A DNA stretch of 64,000 bases from Obrimoposthia wandeli (lineage: Eukaryota), in NCBI GenBank assembly GCA_977020255.1, contig CDROCS010000462.1, positions 1 through 64,000 on the forward strand, in the 5' to 3' direction. Positions 28,442 through 38,954 of this stretch are shown piece by piece. The notes under the pieces are model-generated. The model was not told where the DNA came from, ran no database searches, and saw only the letters and a list, made by a program, of their open reading frames with translations. Both the position numbers and the translations under genes were made by a program. The number at the start of each line of letters is the position of its first letter. Within the stretch, counting starts at the first letter, position 1.

Positions 28442-29631
28442 TGCAGCGGCTGCGCCTCTTGCGGAGTGTAATAATAGTAAAAGACGTCACTAAATCCCAA
28501 GCTTTGCAGTTCACTGCTCAACGTTTGGGCGCGCGCTTCGGTTTTGGTCTGAATAACCACTCTATATTTATCGCGGATAAAAATAACTTGGGCCATCAAA
28601 GACTTAATTTTTTCTCGCCGCAGGAATTGAATGGCTTTTAAACGCGAGGGAAAAGCGGCAATTTCAAGCGTCAATACTGGATCTTTACTGGCTAGCGAGC
28701 TAGTGGCAGCCGTGCTATTTACCCTGGATATTTCTAATGCTTTTTGACCACGCGTCGGTCGCATTTCAGTATTAACAGATAGGTAGACTGCCTCTTTTTG
28801 CTTTTGTCCTTGCAGATGCTTAGCATTGAAGCTGGCCAATTCGCTAAAACCTTCCGCCTCTGCACTGCGATGTGTTTGGAACCAGTAACTACTGGCGGCA
28901 AACATAATAATCAGTGCAGCACAAAACAGTACTAACTGTAAGGCAAAGCGAATAGGTGAACGCGGTTTTGCTGTGCGCGGTAACGGGACTGCTTGTAAAT
29001 TATCTAAATTGAGCGCCGGATTACCTTCAAAAACGGCTTGCTCTAGACGGTACATCGTCTCTTCAAGCTGCTCACGTCCATGTAATCGATATTGGCCTCT
29101 GAAACCTATTTTGATAAACACGTAGATTAGTTCGAGCATATCCGCAAGAATTTTAGGCTGTTGTAGCGCTTTTTCGGTGACGAGGAAAAATTGTTCTCCA
29201 CCATCGCGAACGCCAAACAAATCACTCACTAAGGTGTTATTTTCCCAACTGCTTTGTTCACCCCACTGCGAGTGAAGAATAAATTCATCTAGGGCGATAC
29301 TAAATAGGAAACAACACTTATCCGCTACGGTAGCGGGGTAATCCAACTGACTAACTCGCTGTTTTAATTGTGTGATCTGTTCAACCAAAGCTTTACGAAA
29401 ACGATATATATCATCCGGCAGAGGCATCCGAGAAAGAGCTACACAAGTTGCCAATAAGGGAGTGCCCGCATTAAGTAGCGGGTTGTTATATCCTTGAAAA
29501 TGCTCCAGGGCAATCAAGTCTTCATCGCGATTTTTAAGTGCCCCCGCGCTCGCAAGTACTTGCAAAGCACCGGTGGTACTGTCACCACGGCTGACTTCTA
29601 TCGTTTCTTCATCGAGAAAATCCATCGTCAT
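28438..29631 (-). CDS. tssL: T6SS TssL/DotU with C-terminal SPOR-like domain
   Basis: NPLLNAG, ALDEFIL, GGEQFF, IGFRGQY; TM; C-terminal EIAAF..YRV..A..L..LGFSDVF. Confidence 0.9.
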   Translation of the reverse strand: MTMDFLDEETIEVSRGDSTTGALQVLASAGALKNRDEDLIALEHFQGYNNPLLNAGTPLLATCVALSRMPLPDDIYRFRKALVEQITQLKQRVSQLDYPATVADKCCFLFSIALDEFILHSQWGEQSSWENNTLVSDLFGVRDGGEQFFLVTEKALQQPKILADMLELIYVFIKIGFRGQYRLHGREQLEETMYRLEQAVFEGNPALNLDNLQAVPLPRTAKPRSPIRFALQLVLFCAALIIMFAASSYWFQTHRSAEAEGFSELASFNAKHLQGQKQKEAVYLSVNTEMRPTRGQKALEISRVNSTAATSSLASKDPVLTLEIAAFPSRLKAIQFLRREKIKSLMAQVIFIRDKYRVVIQTKTEARAQTLSSELQSLGFSDVFYYYYTPQEAQPLQ

Positions 29632-29636
29632 TCAAA

Positions 29637-30962
29637 CTACCCCAGGGCAAACAGTTTTAATTCTAAATCTGGAATACGCGCATCGATATGCGCCACAATA
29701 GGTTCACGCTTTTCTAACAACTCTTGCCAGAACTTGTGATGAGTATCAATCTCTATATAGCAGATATCCGTTCGTGGCTTTAACTCACTTGGCGCGACCG
29801 GCAGGGCGCTCAAACTGACACCTGAAAGACCATTGCGTACCACTTCCGCTATCTGGCTCAAACCGCAAAGTTTACAGGCACTTGGGAACAGACGAATCAG
29901 GTTAGCAGCACCTATACTTGATTCCACACTAAGGACAAAGCGATAATTCTCCATCGTGTGAATATCACTGATGGCTGTGCGCAGTAAACGACGTTTTTCG
30001 AACAGGTTACTATCCCAGCTAAACTCTCGTACTCTGTCGCTTTGTACCAGCGATAACTGCTGGCGTAACTGGGCAAATAACGGCAGGAAATTCGCCGCTA
30101 AATCCTCATTGATCAAGGCGCGAGTTGGTTCGACAACACTGGGATTAAAAGCGGCTAATTCCGCATTCAACGTGCTCAACTTTTGATAAAACTCACTGAT
30201 ATCAGTGTTAGGTTTCTGCAAGGTTAAACTGAGCCAGGGAATCCAGCGATTCAAAGTTTGCAGCCACATATACTCATGCATTAGTGTCTGGTCACTTTTG
30301 CGCTCGCGTCCACTATCAATGCGCTCGACGACCGCCTGGGCACGTGTTTCTATCAACACTTGTACTTCTTTTAGTCGATCGATGAGAACATGCGAGGCGC
30401 CGTAGTGCAAAACACTGGGAATAAAACTATGGTCGAGTACCACCTTACCGCTCTCGCGCTTTTCCAATACACGTGCTATCGCAATAGTGGCCAAGCCCGA
30501 ACAGTCCTCTCCTTCCAATAACAAGCGGATGTTGGCCTGAGCCAAGTCAGTGTCAATACTGTTACTACTATCATCACTACTGTCATATAATCTAGACGAT
30601 TCCACATAGTAGCGACGCTTTTGAGCCATCGCTCCGCTTTGCGCTTCACCTTCAACGATCAGTGGCAGAGCGAGATAGATTTTTTTCTCCAGTGTGCCGT
30701 CAGGTATCTGCAATAACAACTCGCGATCGCTTTCAAAAAAACTGCCATCGCCAAAGATCCCCTGACTTTTCAGCATTGAAAACTGACCTATTTTCAAGCG
30801 TTCAGTATCTATCTCCAATGCGGTTAAACCGTAATTTTGAGCCGCCGCTAGTGCACCTACATAGCGCTCTATGTAATAGTTTAGATAGCGTTCTTGCTGC
30901 TGAAAGTGCTGCGGGGCGATAAACATCCCCTCCTGCCAGACGACTTTGCGATGCCTTTTCAA
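29637..30962 (-). CDS. tssK: T6SS baseplate TssK
   Basis: KVVWQEGMFIAPQHFQQQERY; LSALPVAPSEL; TTG start behind GAGG. Confidence 0.95.
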   Translation of the reverse strand: MKRHRKVVWQEGMFIAPQHFQQQERYLNYYIERYVGALAAAQNYGLTALEIDTERLKIGQFSMLKSQGIFGDGSFFESDRELLLQIPDGTLEKKIYLALPLIVEGEAQSGAMAQKRRYYVESSRLYDSSDDSSNSIDTDLAQANIRLLLEGEDCSGLATIAIARVLEKRESGKVVLDHSFIPSVLHYGASHVLIDRLKEVQVLIETRAQAVVERIDSGRERKSDQTLMHEYMWLQTLNRWIPWLSLTLQKPNTDISEFYQKLSTLNAELAAFNPSVVEPTRALINEDLAANFLPLFAQLRQQLSLVQSDRVREFSWDSNLFEKRRLLRTAISDIHTMENYRFVLSVESSIGAANLIRLFPSACKLCGLSQIAEVVRNGLSGVSLSALPVAPSELKPRTDICYIEIDTHHKFWQELLEKREPIVAHIDARIPDLELKLFALG

Positions 30963-30975
30963 AGGATTTTCCTCA

Positions 30976-31470
30976 TCATAACTGCCACCAAGATTTTTTT
31001 GGCTTGGCCTTCATTGTTATATCGACCACTAGGCCGTTGACTTGCACTGAAATTATTTGCTGATCGGGATTGTCATCTAAACGTAGTACCGCTTTACCAA
31101 CTGCACTGCGATAATCGGCAAACTCGGCAAACACCGCTAAGTAACGAGTATCGCGTTGGATATCCAATTGCAGCGTTTGCTCCCCAGGTAACATCGGTTC
31201 TAAATACTGCGCATCAATTAACGATGCACCTAGTACTTTACGATCATCGAGGTAGATATCCAGAAATTCTGCATTGTTAAAAACACCCGGTTCGCGCAAT
31301 TGGTATATTCTTAAAACAATCGGATGCGATGTTACTTCATCATATGGGTTTACCTGATCACCAACATTCAACTGTGTGCTAACTGAAAAGGGTACATTAC
31401 TGGGTACAGGCGTCGAGGAGCAAGCGATCATAAGTGCGCTCAAACCCAACAATAACAATAGGCGCATCAA
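30976..31470 (-). CDS. tssJ: T6SS lipoprotein TssJ
   Basis: Lipobox MIAC; VNP..PIVLRIYQL; YLAVFAEFADY. Confidence 0.92.
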   Translation of the reverse strand: MMRLLLLLGLSALMIACSSTPVPSNVPFSVSTQLNVGDQVNPYDEVTSHPIVLRIYQLREPGVFNNAEFLDIYLDDRKVLGASLIDAQYLEPMLPGEQTLQLDIQRDTRYLAVFAEFADYRSAVGKAVLRLDDNPDQQIISVQVNGLVVDITMKAKPKKSWWQL

Positions 31471-32408
31471 TTTTTACCTCGTAGCTCTTCCATGAAAATA
31501 GAGGCAAACTGACGGTGAAACTCGCGCCTTGCCATCTTGCGTTTAAACTGTTTTTTATAGAGTTGCCAATATTTTTTATCCTTGTTACCCCAGCCGGTGA
31601 TATAGCCATTAAACATTTCTTCGAGGTACTCAGGCGCCATTTCCTCGATGAATTTATCCATACTGGTTTGTATACATTGCATCAGTGTATCGTAGCTATG
31701 GGGATCAGAATTATTGCGTTGCTGGGCTAATAACATTGTTAATTGTTGTAAATTTTGCTGCGCGGTATCTGTCACGCCCCCCTGTGACTCCACCGTGACA
31801 TGATTGCTCATTGTACTGGGCTGCATTTGTTCGTCTTCAAAAGGATCTATACCCAGCTGCACTTCACCTAGTGCATTTTGCGCACTAAAGCCGCTACTTT
31901 TTTCACTCATTTTAGCTGGTTTGACCTCGTGATCCATCGCTGCCATATCGATATCTTCGCGCATTCGCATCTTTTCAGCTTCAACTACTTGCGCATCAGT
32001 GACATCAAATTCATCAACACTAAATAATGGCTCACTGAGCGGTTTTTTTTGTGCCATCTGTGATACATCTGCATCTGTCGCAGCGAGTACCGACAAATCA
32101 GTCACTAGTAATAGGTAATCACCAATTTTCCATATATCGCCATCGCCAATAGCGTGATACTGACCGCGTGAAAGTACTTTGTCATTAACTTGCATACCAT
32201 TGGTGCTTTTATTAACAACTTGATACCTTCCCTGCTCATCGCGGCTAACTTGAGCGTGAACTCGCGATAGGCTCTTAGAGAAATCAGGCAGTTGAATCGT
32301 ACAATCATACGCACGACCAATGGTTCCCCCAGCCGGTGGCAGTGATATTTGGCGGCTGCTAACTTGCTCGTTTTCAGGTATTTCAACCAATTGAATATTG
32401 ATACTCAT
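31467..32408 (-). CDS. T6SS FHA-domain protein (Fha/TagH-like)
   Basis: TIGR, LSRVHA, STNG FHA motifs; start at the TGATG overlap. Confidence 0.88.
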   Translation of the reverse strand: MSINIQLVEIPENEQVSSRQISLPPAGGTIGRAYDCTIQLPDFSKSLSRVHAQVSRDEQGRYQVVNKSTNGMQVNDKVLSRGQYHAIGDGDIWKIGDYLLLVTDLSVLAATDADVSQMAQKKPLSEPLFSVDEFDVTDAQVVEAEKMRMREDIDMAAMDHEVKPAKMSEKSSGFSAQNALGEVQLGIDPFEDEQMQPSTMSNHVTVESQGGVTDTAQQNLQQLTMLLAQQRNNSDPHSYDTLMQCIQTSMDKFIEEMAPEYLEEMFNGYITGWGNKDKKYWQLYKKQFKRKMARREFHRQFASIFMEELRGKN

Positions 32409-33127
32409 CAGCTTTCCTTCAGACAACGGGCCAGCGAGCGGTTAAACGTCGGCAAAAAATTGGGATTAAGTTTGAGAAAGTCTTTAGCGAAATGCACACT
32501 TAAATCTTGTTTCTTTAGCGCTACTCGCTTGAAGTAATCCAGCGGGATTCCCTGCATTTTCATCGAGTGCTCAAACACCAGTTCGTACTCTAGCGCAACG
32601 TCAATCTCTCTTTGCCATAACATTTGCAATAACGTATCGGCATTGCGTGGTTTCTTCACCACATTATAACCATTCTTTTTTAAAAACAACCACTTGCTAG
32701 TATTGAACTTAGCACCATAACGCGCTTGATACTTAGATGCCTCACTGTCTAAAGTTAAATTAGCACTGGGCGATACAAACCAAGACAACGCTTCGGAAAT
32801 AACTGGATCAGAGGGTATGGCAAATTTAGCTCGCGCGGCATTGGCCGAGCCTGAAAAAAAACCGTCCATCTGGTTAGTTTCCACCAGTAACTGCGCCTTA
32901 TCCCAGCTCATCATGTGAAGCTCATACGGCTGTCCCATTTTGCGCAAGGTACATTTAACTCGATCGAGCGCCACGCCACCCATCACATCATTTTTCAACG
33001 TTTGATAAGGTGGCCACTCTTGAGTAGCCAATTTGAGGCGTTCTATGGCTCCTACTTGTGCAGTGACTACCAGTAATAGCCCTGCTAACAAGGGTTTCGT
33101 TTTATCTATCTTTCGCAATAGCTTCAC
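32408..33127 (-). CDS. Family-3 periplasmic solute-binding protein inside the T6SS operon
   Basis: Signal peptide; ATQEWPPY, MSWDKAQ, MDGFF. Confidence 0.75.
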   Translation of the reverse strand: MKLLRKIDKTKPLLAGLLLVVTAQVGAIERLKLATQEWPPYQTLKNDVMGGVALDRVKCTLRKMGQPYELHMMSWDKAQLLVETNQMDGFFSGSANAARAKFAIPSDPVISEALSWFVSPSANLTLDSEASKYQARYGAKFNTSKWLFLKKNGYNVVKKPRNADTLLQMLWQREIDVALEYELVFEHSMKMQGIPLDYFKRVALKKQDLSVHFAKDFLKLNPNFLPTFNRSLARCLKES

Positions 33128-33201
33128 TTATATATTCCATTTCAATCACTGCTAGATATTGAACCGCTTCAATACCTAGCGGGCTAAATGATAGCTGTTA
33201 T

Positions 33202-35805
33202 TTATTCTATGTGTAATGCAATGCTGCCATCTGCAATGTCGACAACCACTTTATCTATCGGCTGCTCTTCACTCAAACGCATAATACACTCTTGTGCCAA
33301 CTGAGGCATCAGCGAACGATTGATTATCTGCTCTATCGCCCGTCCGCCCGTTGTTGAGTCTGCATTTCGCCCTACCACATAATCGATAAACGCGTCGCTC
33401 CACTCAAAGCTTGCCGCGTACTGCTGATCCAGCTTGCGTTCAATACGACGTAAGTTAATTTCAGTGATTTTCTTTAATTCATCATCACTTAAAGGATAGT
33501 AGGGGATCACAGTACTGCGACCAAGAAACGCCGGCTTAAAGAAGTTTTGTAGTTCAGGACGAATCTGTTCAACTAGTTCGCTGTTTTCTGGCAACGGCTG
33601 CGTGCCATCACACAAATCACAAATAGCCTGATCCGCAGCATTAGAGGTCATAATAATAATGGTGTTTCTGAAATCAACACTGCGCCCCTCACTGTCTTTT
33701 ATATAGCCCTTATCAAATATTTGATAGAACATATCGTGCACTCCTGGGTGCGCTTTTTCCATCTCATCTAGCAAAAGAACCGAATATGGATTGCGACGAA
33801 TTGCTTCAGTGAGCACTCCTCCTTCGCCAAAACCAACATAACCAGCTGGTGATCCCAAGAGCATAGATATTTTATGTTCCTCTTTAAACTCGGTCATATT
33901 GATCACGGTGAGATTATCTTCTCCGCCGAACACTTGATCGGCAAGTGCCATCGCCGTTTCCGTTTTACCGACACCACTTGGGCCACACATCAAAAATACG
34001 CCAACGGGTTTACGGATATCGGTTAAGCCCGCTCGAGAAATACGAATACTTTTTGCCAGTTCCGAAATAGCGGTTTTTTGACCGATAACCCGTTTGTGCA
34101 TTTCTTGCTCTAAGGTCAGCAACTTAGCCACTTCATCTTTGACCATGCTACCCGCTGGAATACCCGTCCAGTTTGAAATCACTTCGGCAATCGTTTGTTG
34201 GCCTACCATGGCATGCACTAAAGGCTGATCGCCTTGTAGTTGCGACAGCTCTTCGCTCAAGGTCAATAACTGTTGCTGTTGCTCTGGATCTACATTGTTC
34301 TCTTGGTAGCCTGTTTGTAGCTGCTTGTTCAACTCTATGATCTGTGTGACCAATACTTGCTCTTGATCCCATTGCTTTTGTAGAAGCACTAACTCACCTT
34401 CTAACACCAGCATCTTTTGCTCTAACTCAGCAATCTCATCGGCACCGCTACTAAATACTGCCTGTTCGGTGCGTGTTGCTTCAAGTTCACTGCTTAAATA
34501 GTCTATCTGCTGTTCCAACTGCTCTAATGATTCAGGCTTAGCCCCTTGAGTCAGCGCAATACGTGCCGAGGCGGTGTCGAGTAAGCTGATCGCTTTATCG
34601 GGTAGCTGACGCGCTGGTAAATAGCGTACCGATAATTGCACTGCAGCTTCGATAGCTTCTTCGCGGATAAAGACTCCATGGTGGGCGCTAAGTGACTTAG
34701 CGACACCCCGCAACATGGCCGTAGCGTCAGCCTCATTAGGCTCTTCCACTTTAACGACTTGGAAACGGCGTGTCAGAGCGGGGTCTTTCTCAAAGTATTT
34801 TTTGTACTCTGCCCAGGTTGTCGCCGCCAATGATTTAAATTCACCACGAGCCAATGCAGGTTTAAGCAGGTTCGCCGCGTCATTTTGCCCAGCTGCCCCG
34901 CCAGCGCCGATCAATGTATGCGCTTCATCGATAAACATCACTATCGGTGTGTCTGAGGTTTTTACTTCGTTAATGACATCCTTCAAGCGGTTTTCGAACT
35001 CACCTTTGATACTGGCACCCGCCTGTAATAGCCCAAGATCCAAACTGTGAAGCTCTACTCCCTGCAGCGCCGATGGTACTTGATTGGCCACTATGCGAAG
35101 GGCTAAGCCTTCTACCACTGCTGTTTTACCGACTCCAGGCTCACCGACTAAAATAGGATTATTTTGACGCTTGCGACATAAAATATCTATCGCCGAGCGA
35201 ACCTCAGCGTTGCGTCCTGAGATTGGGTCTATTCGCCCTTCACGCGCCTGAGCGGTTAAATTAACGGTGTATTTGTCCAATGCACAGTCGCCACTCGGTG
35301 CGCCGCTCGATGGCATACCCGATGGGCTGCTAACTGACGCAGATAACGCCAATTTAGCTATTTGCCCTTCCAGTGCCTGCACTGATATCTGGGCCAATAC
35401 CTTCAAACTGAGTAAACGGACGCCAAAGCTGTCTTGTTGTAGGAGTGCAAAGAACAAGTGCAAAGCAACTACTTTAGAGTGACCAAAGTTAACCGATGCT
35501 TGCATCCAGGCTGACTCGACTAAATCACTGAGTGATTTACTGACACTAGGCTGGCTTTGGCTGCCGGTTTTTAGTCCGTTAAGACGTTGATTCAACTCAT
35601 CCATCAACGCTGTTTGATCTACTTTTTGCTGTGCTAGGAACGCATCTACATCACTGTCTTGTGCCAGTAAAATTTGTACTAGCCAATGTTCGATTTCAAT
35701 GACAGGAGCACCTTGATTCATCGCAGCTCCGGCCGCTTGTTCAAGGGCTGATTTTAAGCTCGGGTCCAGTTTTGCAACTAAATTACTTAATTTTATCTGT
35801 GACAT
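33202..35805 (-). CDS. tssH: T6SS ATPase TssH/ClpV
   Basis: GEPGVGKT, FIDEAH, ATTWAEYKKYFEKDPALTRRF, GPSGVGKT, LLDEMEKAH. Confidence 0.97.
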   Translation of the reverse strand: MSQIKLSNLVAKLDPSLKSALEQAAGAAMNQGAPVIEIEHWLVQILLAQDSDVDAFLAQQKVDQTALMDELNQRLNGLKTGSQSQPSVSKSLSDLVESAWMQASVNFGHSKVVALHLFFALLQQDSFGVRLLSLKVLAQISVQALEGQIAKLALSASVSSPSGMPSSGAPSGDCALDKYTVNLTAQAREGRIDPISGRNAEVRSAIDILCRKRQNNPILVGEPGVGKTAVVEGLALRIVANQVPSALQGVELHSLDLGLLQAGASIKGEFENRLKDVINEVKTSDTPIVMFIDEAHTLIGAGGAAGQNDAANLLKPALARGEFKSLAATTWAEYKKYFEKDPALTRRFQVVKVEEPNEADATAMLRGVAKSLSAHHGVFIREEAIEAAVQLSVRYLPARQLPDKAISLLDTASARIALTQGAKPESLEQLEQQIDYLSSELEATRTEQAVFSSGADEIAELEQKMLVLEGELVLLQKQWDQEQVLVTQIIELNKQLQTGYQENNVDPEQQQQLLTLSEELSQLQGDQPLVHAMVGQQTIAEVISNWTGIPAGSMVKDEVAKLLTLEQEMHKRVIGQKTAISELAKSIRISRAGLTDIRKPVGVFLMCGPSGVGKTETAMALADQVFGGEDNLTVINMTEFKEEHKISMLLGSPAGYVGFGEGGVLTEAIRRNPYSVLLLDEMEKAHPGVHDMFYQIFDKGYIKDSEGRSVDFRNTIIIMTSNAADQAICDLCDGTQPLPENSELVEQIRPELQNFFKPAFLGRSTVIPYYPLSDDELKKITEINLRRIERKLDQQYAASFEWSDAFIDYVVGRNADSTTGGRAIEQIINRSLMPQLAQECIMRLSEEQPIDKVVVDIADGSIALHIE

Positions 35806-35816
35806 AGCACTACCTA

Positions 35817-36761
35817 TTATTGTAATAATATTTTGTGTAAAGCATCTGGCTTACGCTCCGGCGCAAGGCAGTTCGATTCTCCCAATCGCAGTGATTGCTG
35901 CGAATGACTCAATAAACGTGGTGCACTAATAAACTTTCGGCGCACACATAAAAATAACTTTATCGGGGTCGACTCACGTAAATAATGATGTACTAATCGC
36001 TTTAACGTGGCCGAAAACTCACTGTCGCCACTAATTTTGAGATATTCTTCGCGATTACTTGGCGACACGGTAATCTCCAGTGTCTTCGCTTGCAAAGTAC
36101 AGCGTTTACCTAGGCATACTCCCTGACCCAAACGGTTGTTCGCTCCCGTTTTGGCACTGAGTTGCGACAGCATCGACTTAGGAAGTAAATGGTGACTGTA
36201 AAGCTGCGCTTTAGCGCTAACTTGTAATGAAAAATAGTCAGTCAATATCTGTTGCAGTACTGCCAAACTATTGCTTTTTTGACCCAGCAGTAAGCTGTAG
36301 GGCAATAGCGCACTGTCTTGGTCACATAAACCCGCCAGAGAATGCAGTGCACTACGCTGAGAAAAACGCGTTAAGTTCCGTCCTTCAAAGCGCTCCTGCT
36401 CTTGGCGTAATAACAGATGATTACGCTCTCGCTCTGCTATATAGAGTTGATAATAGCGATGATTAAATATGTTAAGGAAATCAAGTAAGGCGTGATTATC
36501 ATCGTGCAGACTCGCCAGTAGCTGCTGGTAAAAGTAATCTGGCAATACACTTCTCGCCCCACTAAGGGCCTCTAATGCTATTGATATCTCAAAGTTATCC
36601 CCAGAGCGTTCGATTTTCTGCACTTGGGATAAGTTGGCGTTGGCTAAAGGTTCCACATTAAACATCAGCCGCCCGTGCGAGCGACTATGGCGTAAAATAC
36701 GCACTACCTGTACTAATTCATATTCGCTAGCCTGTGTGCAAAGCTGCTCCACTACAGGCAT
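35817..36761 (-). CDS. tssG: T6SS baseplate TssG
   Basis: LSGARSVLPDYF, DFLNIFNHR, LQQILTDYF, NRLGQG. Confidence 0.88.
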   Translation of the reverse strand: MPVVEQLCTQASEYELVQVVRILRHSRSHGRLMFNVEPLANANLSQVQKIERSGDNFEISIALEALSGARSVLPDYFYQQLLASLHDDNHALLDFLNIFNHRYYQLYIAERERNHLLLRQEQERFEGRNLTRFSQRSALHSLAGLCDQDSALLPYSLLLGQKSNSLAVLQQILTDYFSLQVSAKAQLYSHHLLPKSMLSQLSAKTGANNRLGQGVCLGKRCTLQAKTLEITVSPSNREEYLKISGDSEFSATLKRLVHHYLRESTPIKLFLCVRRKFISAPRLLSHSQQSLRLGESNCLAPERKPDALHKILLQ

Positions 36762-38533
36762 AACTGGCTACCTTGTACCGCCTTAAATTCTCGGCAATAG
36801 TTATCATCACCAAAGTGGCGAACTTGTAATTGGATAAAGCGATCATAACTACAAAACTGCTGCAAAAAAGCGTTGAGTACTTGGGCAAACACACTACTAC
36901 TAGCCATTAATTCGCGTTTATCTAATGTCAGCTTTATAGCGCTGCCACTGCTAAATATCGGTTTATTATCTACCTGAACACTGCCAACCGTAGGATAAAA
37001 ACTCAAGTCTTTCACTGCCTCTACCTGTTTGGCACTACGTCCCTGATTACAAAGCGCCAGCATATCACGCAGCGCAGCAGCCGGCTCGTTTGCGTGAAGC
37101 AGCGAGCTGAAATTAGCATTCAGTAAAGCGATAAAACGCCAATACAAATCATCTTGTAGGTCAGGATAAATAGGGCCCGTTGGCACGGCGGCAACACTTA
37201 GACTTCCCGGTAAATCAGTGTTGCTTAAATTGATAACTTCACTGTGTTTGGCAATGGTGCAAGGCGCACGTCCATTGCCACAAATCAAGTCTAGCGCCAG
37301 AGCGATAGACTCTCGCGCCAGTTCCTTTTCACTGACACTGACACTGAGCTCGACTTCGCGCTCACCAAGATTATTCCAAGATTGTCGGCTCTGCCATTTA
37401 CGCTGCTTTGGGTCATCGCCATAACGCTGCTTATACAAGGGGTTCAGGCGGTGCTCACCATAGGCATCTATTTCGTAAACTGCCTCTACCCGAATAACTT
37501 CTATGCTCGACTGCGCTTGTGCATCACAGATTACTGGCATGGCTAAACTACTAGCATCGTATTGCATCGGTTCAGCGCTCTGAGCAAAGCGGTTAATTGC
37601 AGGCACGGTATACAGAGAAAAAACATCGGTGTTGAAGAGTCGTAAAAATTCCGCCGGTAGGTGCTTTAAATATATGTTGAGCACGATCTCACTGTCGGCG
37701 AAATAGACTGTATTAGCGGCAAAATCGGACAGGCAAAAATAAGCACTCTTATCTGGATAACAAAAATAATCACGTAGTAAATCATAACCACCAAATTGGT
37801 TACCGTGTTTACTCAACCACTGAAACTGCGGTTGTGTGACCCGATTAATAAGTGATTCCGGTGCTATTTCACGGTGTACTCTCCCCGCGATGTCACTGAG
37901 TGTCATACAGCAGCTGTGCTCCAGCAGCAGGTCAATCAGCGGCTGAGCATTACCTTCGAACCCATTGACATAAAATTCTAAATCACCTAACTCCAGCTGA
38001 TCGAAACTCCCCTGCGGGTCTGCACAACGTAAATGTAGTTGAATAAGACCCTCGGCATTTTGCAACGATTTTGGCGCCGCGGTGGTAAAAGGTGCCGCCT
38101 CTGCAGTGACATCTGCCAAGATGAAGGGATATATGTTTAAATCTGCAACGGTGGTAAAATGGCATTCCTGCTGATCGCCTTGGCTGACGCTTACTAGAGA
38201 TCCTGCTGCCAACTGTTGATTGTCGTTCATCTGATCAACGTCGGGCGTCAAGCGCAGCGGAAAGTAACTCGCTGCCGGCTCCAGCATTCCAGGATATAAC
38301 AAAGTGAATAAATCTTGAACCAGGTCAGGGAACTGCTGGTCCAATCGTTGCTCAGTCTTGGCCGTCAGCATCGCCATCCCTTCAACGAGACGGTTGATAT
38401 TGGGATCCTCAACACTACTGCGATCGATCCGCAGCTGCGCCGCCTGCTCCGGATGCTGCTGCGCAAATTTGCCCAAGGCTTTGCGAATATAAGCTAATTC
38501 ACGTTCGTAGTAGCGCATCGCCTGATCAGACAA
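36752..38533 (-). CDS. tssF: T6SS baseplate TssF
   Basis: YYERELAYIR, DPNINRLVEG, LYTVPAINRF, WRFIALLNANF; start uncertain (TTG 38533 or ATG 38518). Confidence 0.92.
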   Translation of the reverse strand: MSDQAMRYYERELAYIRKALGKFAQQHPEQAAQLRIDRSSVEDPNINRLVEGMAMLTAKTEQRLDQQFPDLVQDLFTLLYPGMLEPAASYFPLRLTPDVDQMNDNQQLAAGSLVSVSQGDQQECHFTTVADLNIYPFILADVTAEAAPFTTAAPKSLQNAEGLIQLHLRCADPQGSFDQLELGDLEFYVNGFEGNAQPLIDLLLEHSCCMTLSDIAGRVHREIAPESLINRVTQPQFQWLSKHGNQFGGYDLLRDYFCYPDKSAYFCLSDFAANTVYFADSEIVLNIYLKHLPAEFLRLFNTDVFSLYTVPAINRFAQSAEPMQYDASSLAMPVICDAQAQSSIEVIRVEAVYEIDAYGEHRLNPLYKQRYGDDPKQRKWQSRQSWNNLGEREVELSVSVSEKELARESIALALDLICGNGRAPCTIAKHSEVINLSNTDLPGSLSVAAVPTGPIYPDLQDDLYWRFIALLNANFSSLLHANEPAAALRDMLALCNQGRSAKQVEAVKDLSFYPTVGSVQVDNKPIFSSGSAIKLTLDKRELMASSSVFAQVLNAFLQQFCSYDRFIQLQVRHFGDDNYCREFKAVQGSQLCL

Positions 38534-38954
38534 AACTATCTTCCTCAAATTCAGCCTGCTGACTGGTTAAATTCATCTTTGAGTTGAAAGCCAACTCGTG
38601 TATTCGCCCATCGCTCACTAATTGAGCCTGCACGCTAAAACTAATTTGATTACGCTGTTCATCTTTTGGCGCGACCTCAACACTAACCTGTGTTAAACGC
38701 GGCTCGAAAAGCTGTATCCAGTACTCAACTTGACGGGCGAAACTCGCACCGTCCATCTGACCACTAATCGATTGAAAGTTATCTAGGCCAAAACACAGAT
38801 TTGATTGACGCACTTGTCGATACTGTTTAGGGGTCGCACGCAGTGGCGCTTCAGAGCTGAGCATCGCTTGTAAATGATATTCGATCGAAGCGACTAAATC
38901 CGATGCTTGGTCACTCTGCTCGCTGTCGCGCATAAATGTTTGCCAAAAAATCAT
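38526..38954 (-). CDS. tssE: T6SS baseplate TssE (gp25-like)
   Basis: FGLDNF, IQLFEPRL; position between tssC and tssF. Confidence 0.85.
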   Translation of the reverse strand: MIFWQTFMRDSEQSDQASDLVASIEYHLQAMLSSEAPLRATPKQYRQVRQSNLCFGLDNFQSISGQMDGASFARQVEYWIQLFEPRLTQVSVEVAPKDEQRNQISFSVQAQLVSDGRIHELAFNSKMNLTSQQAEFEEDSFV

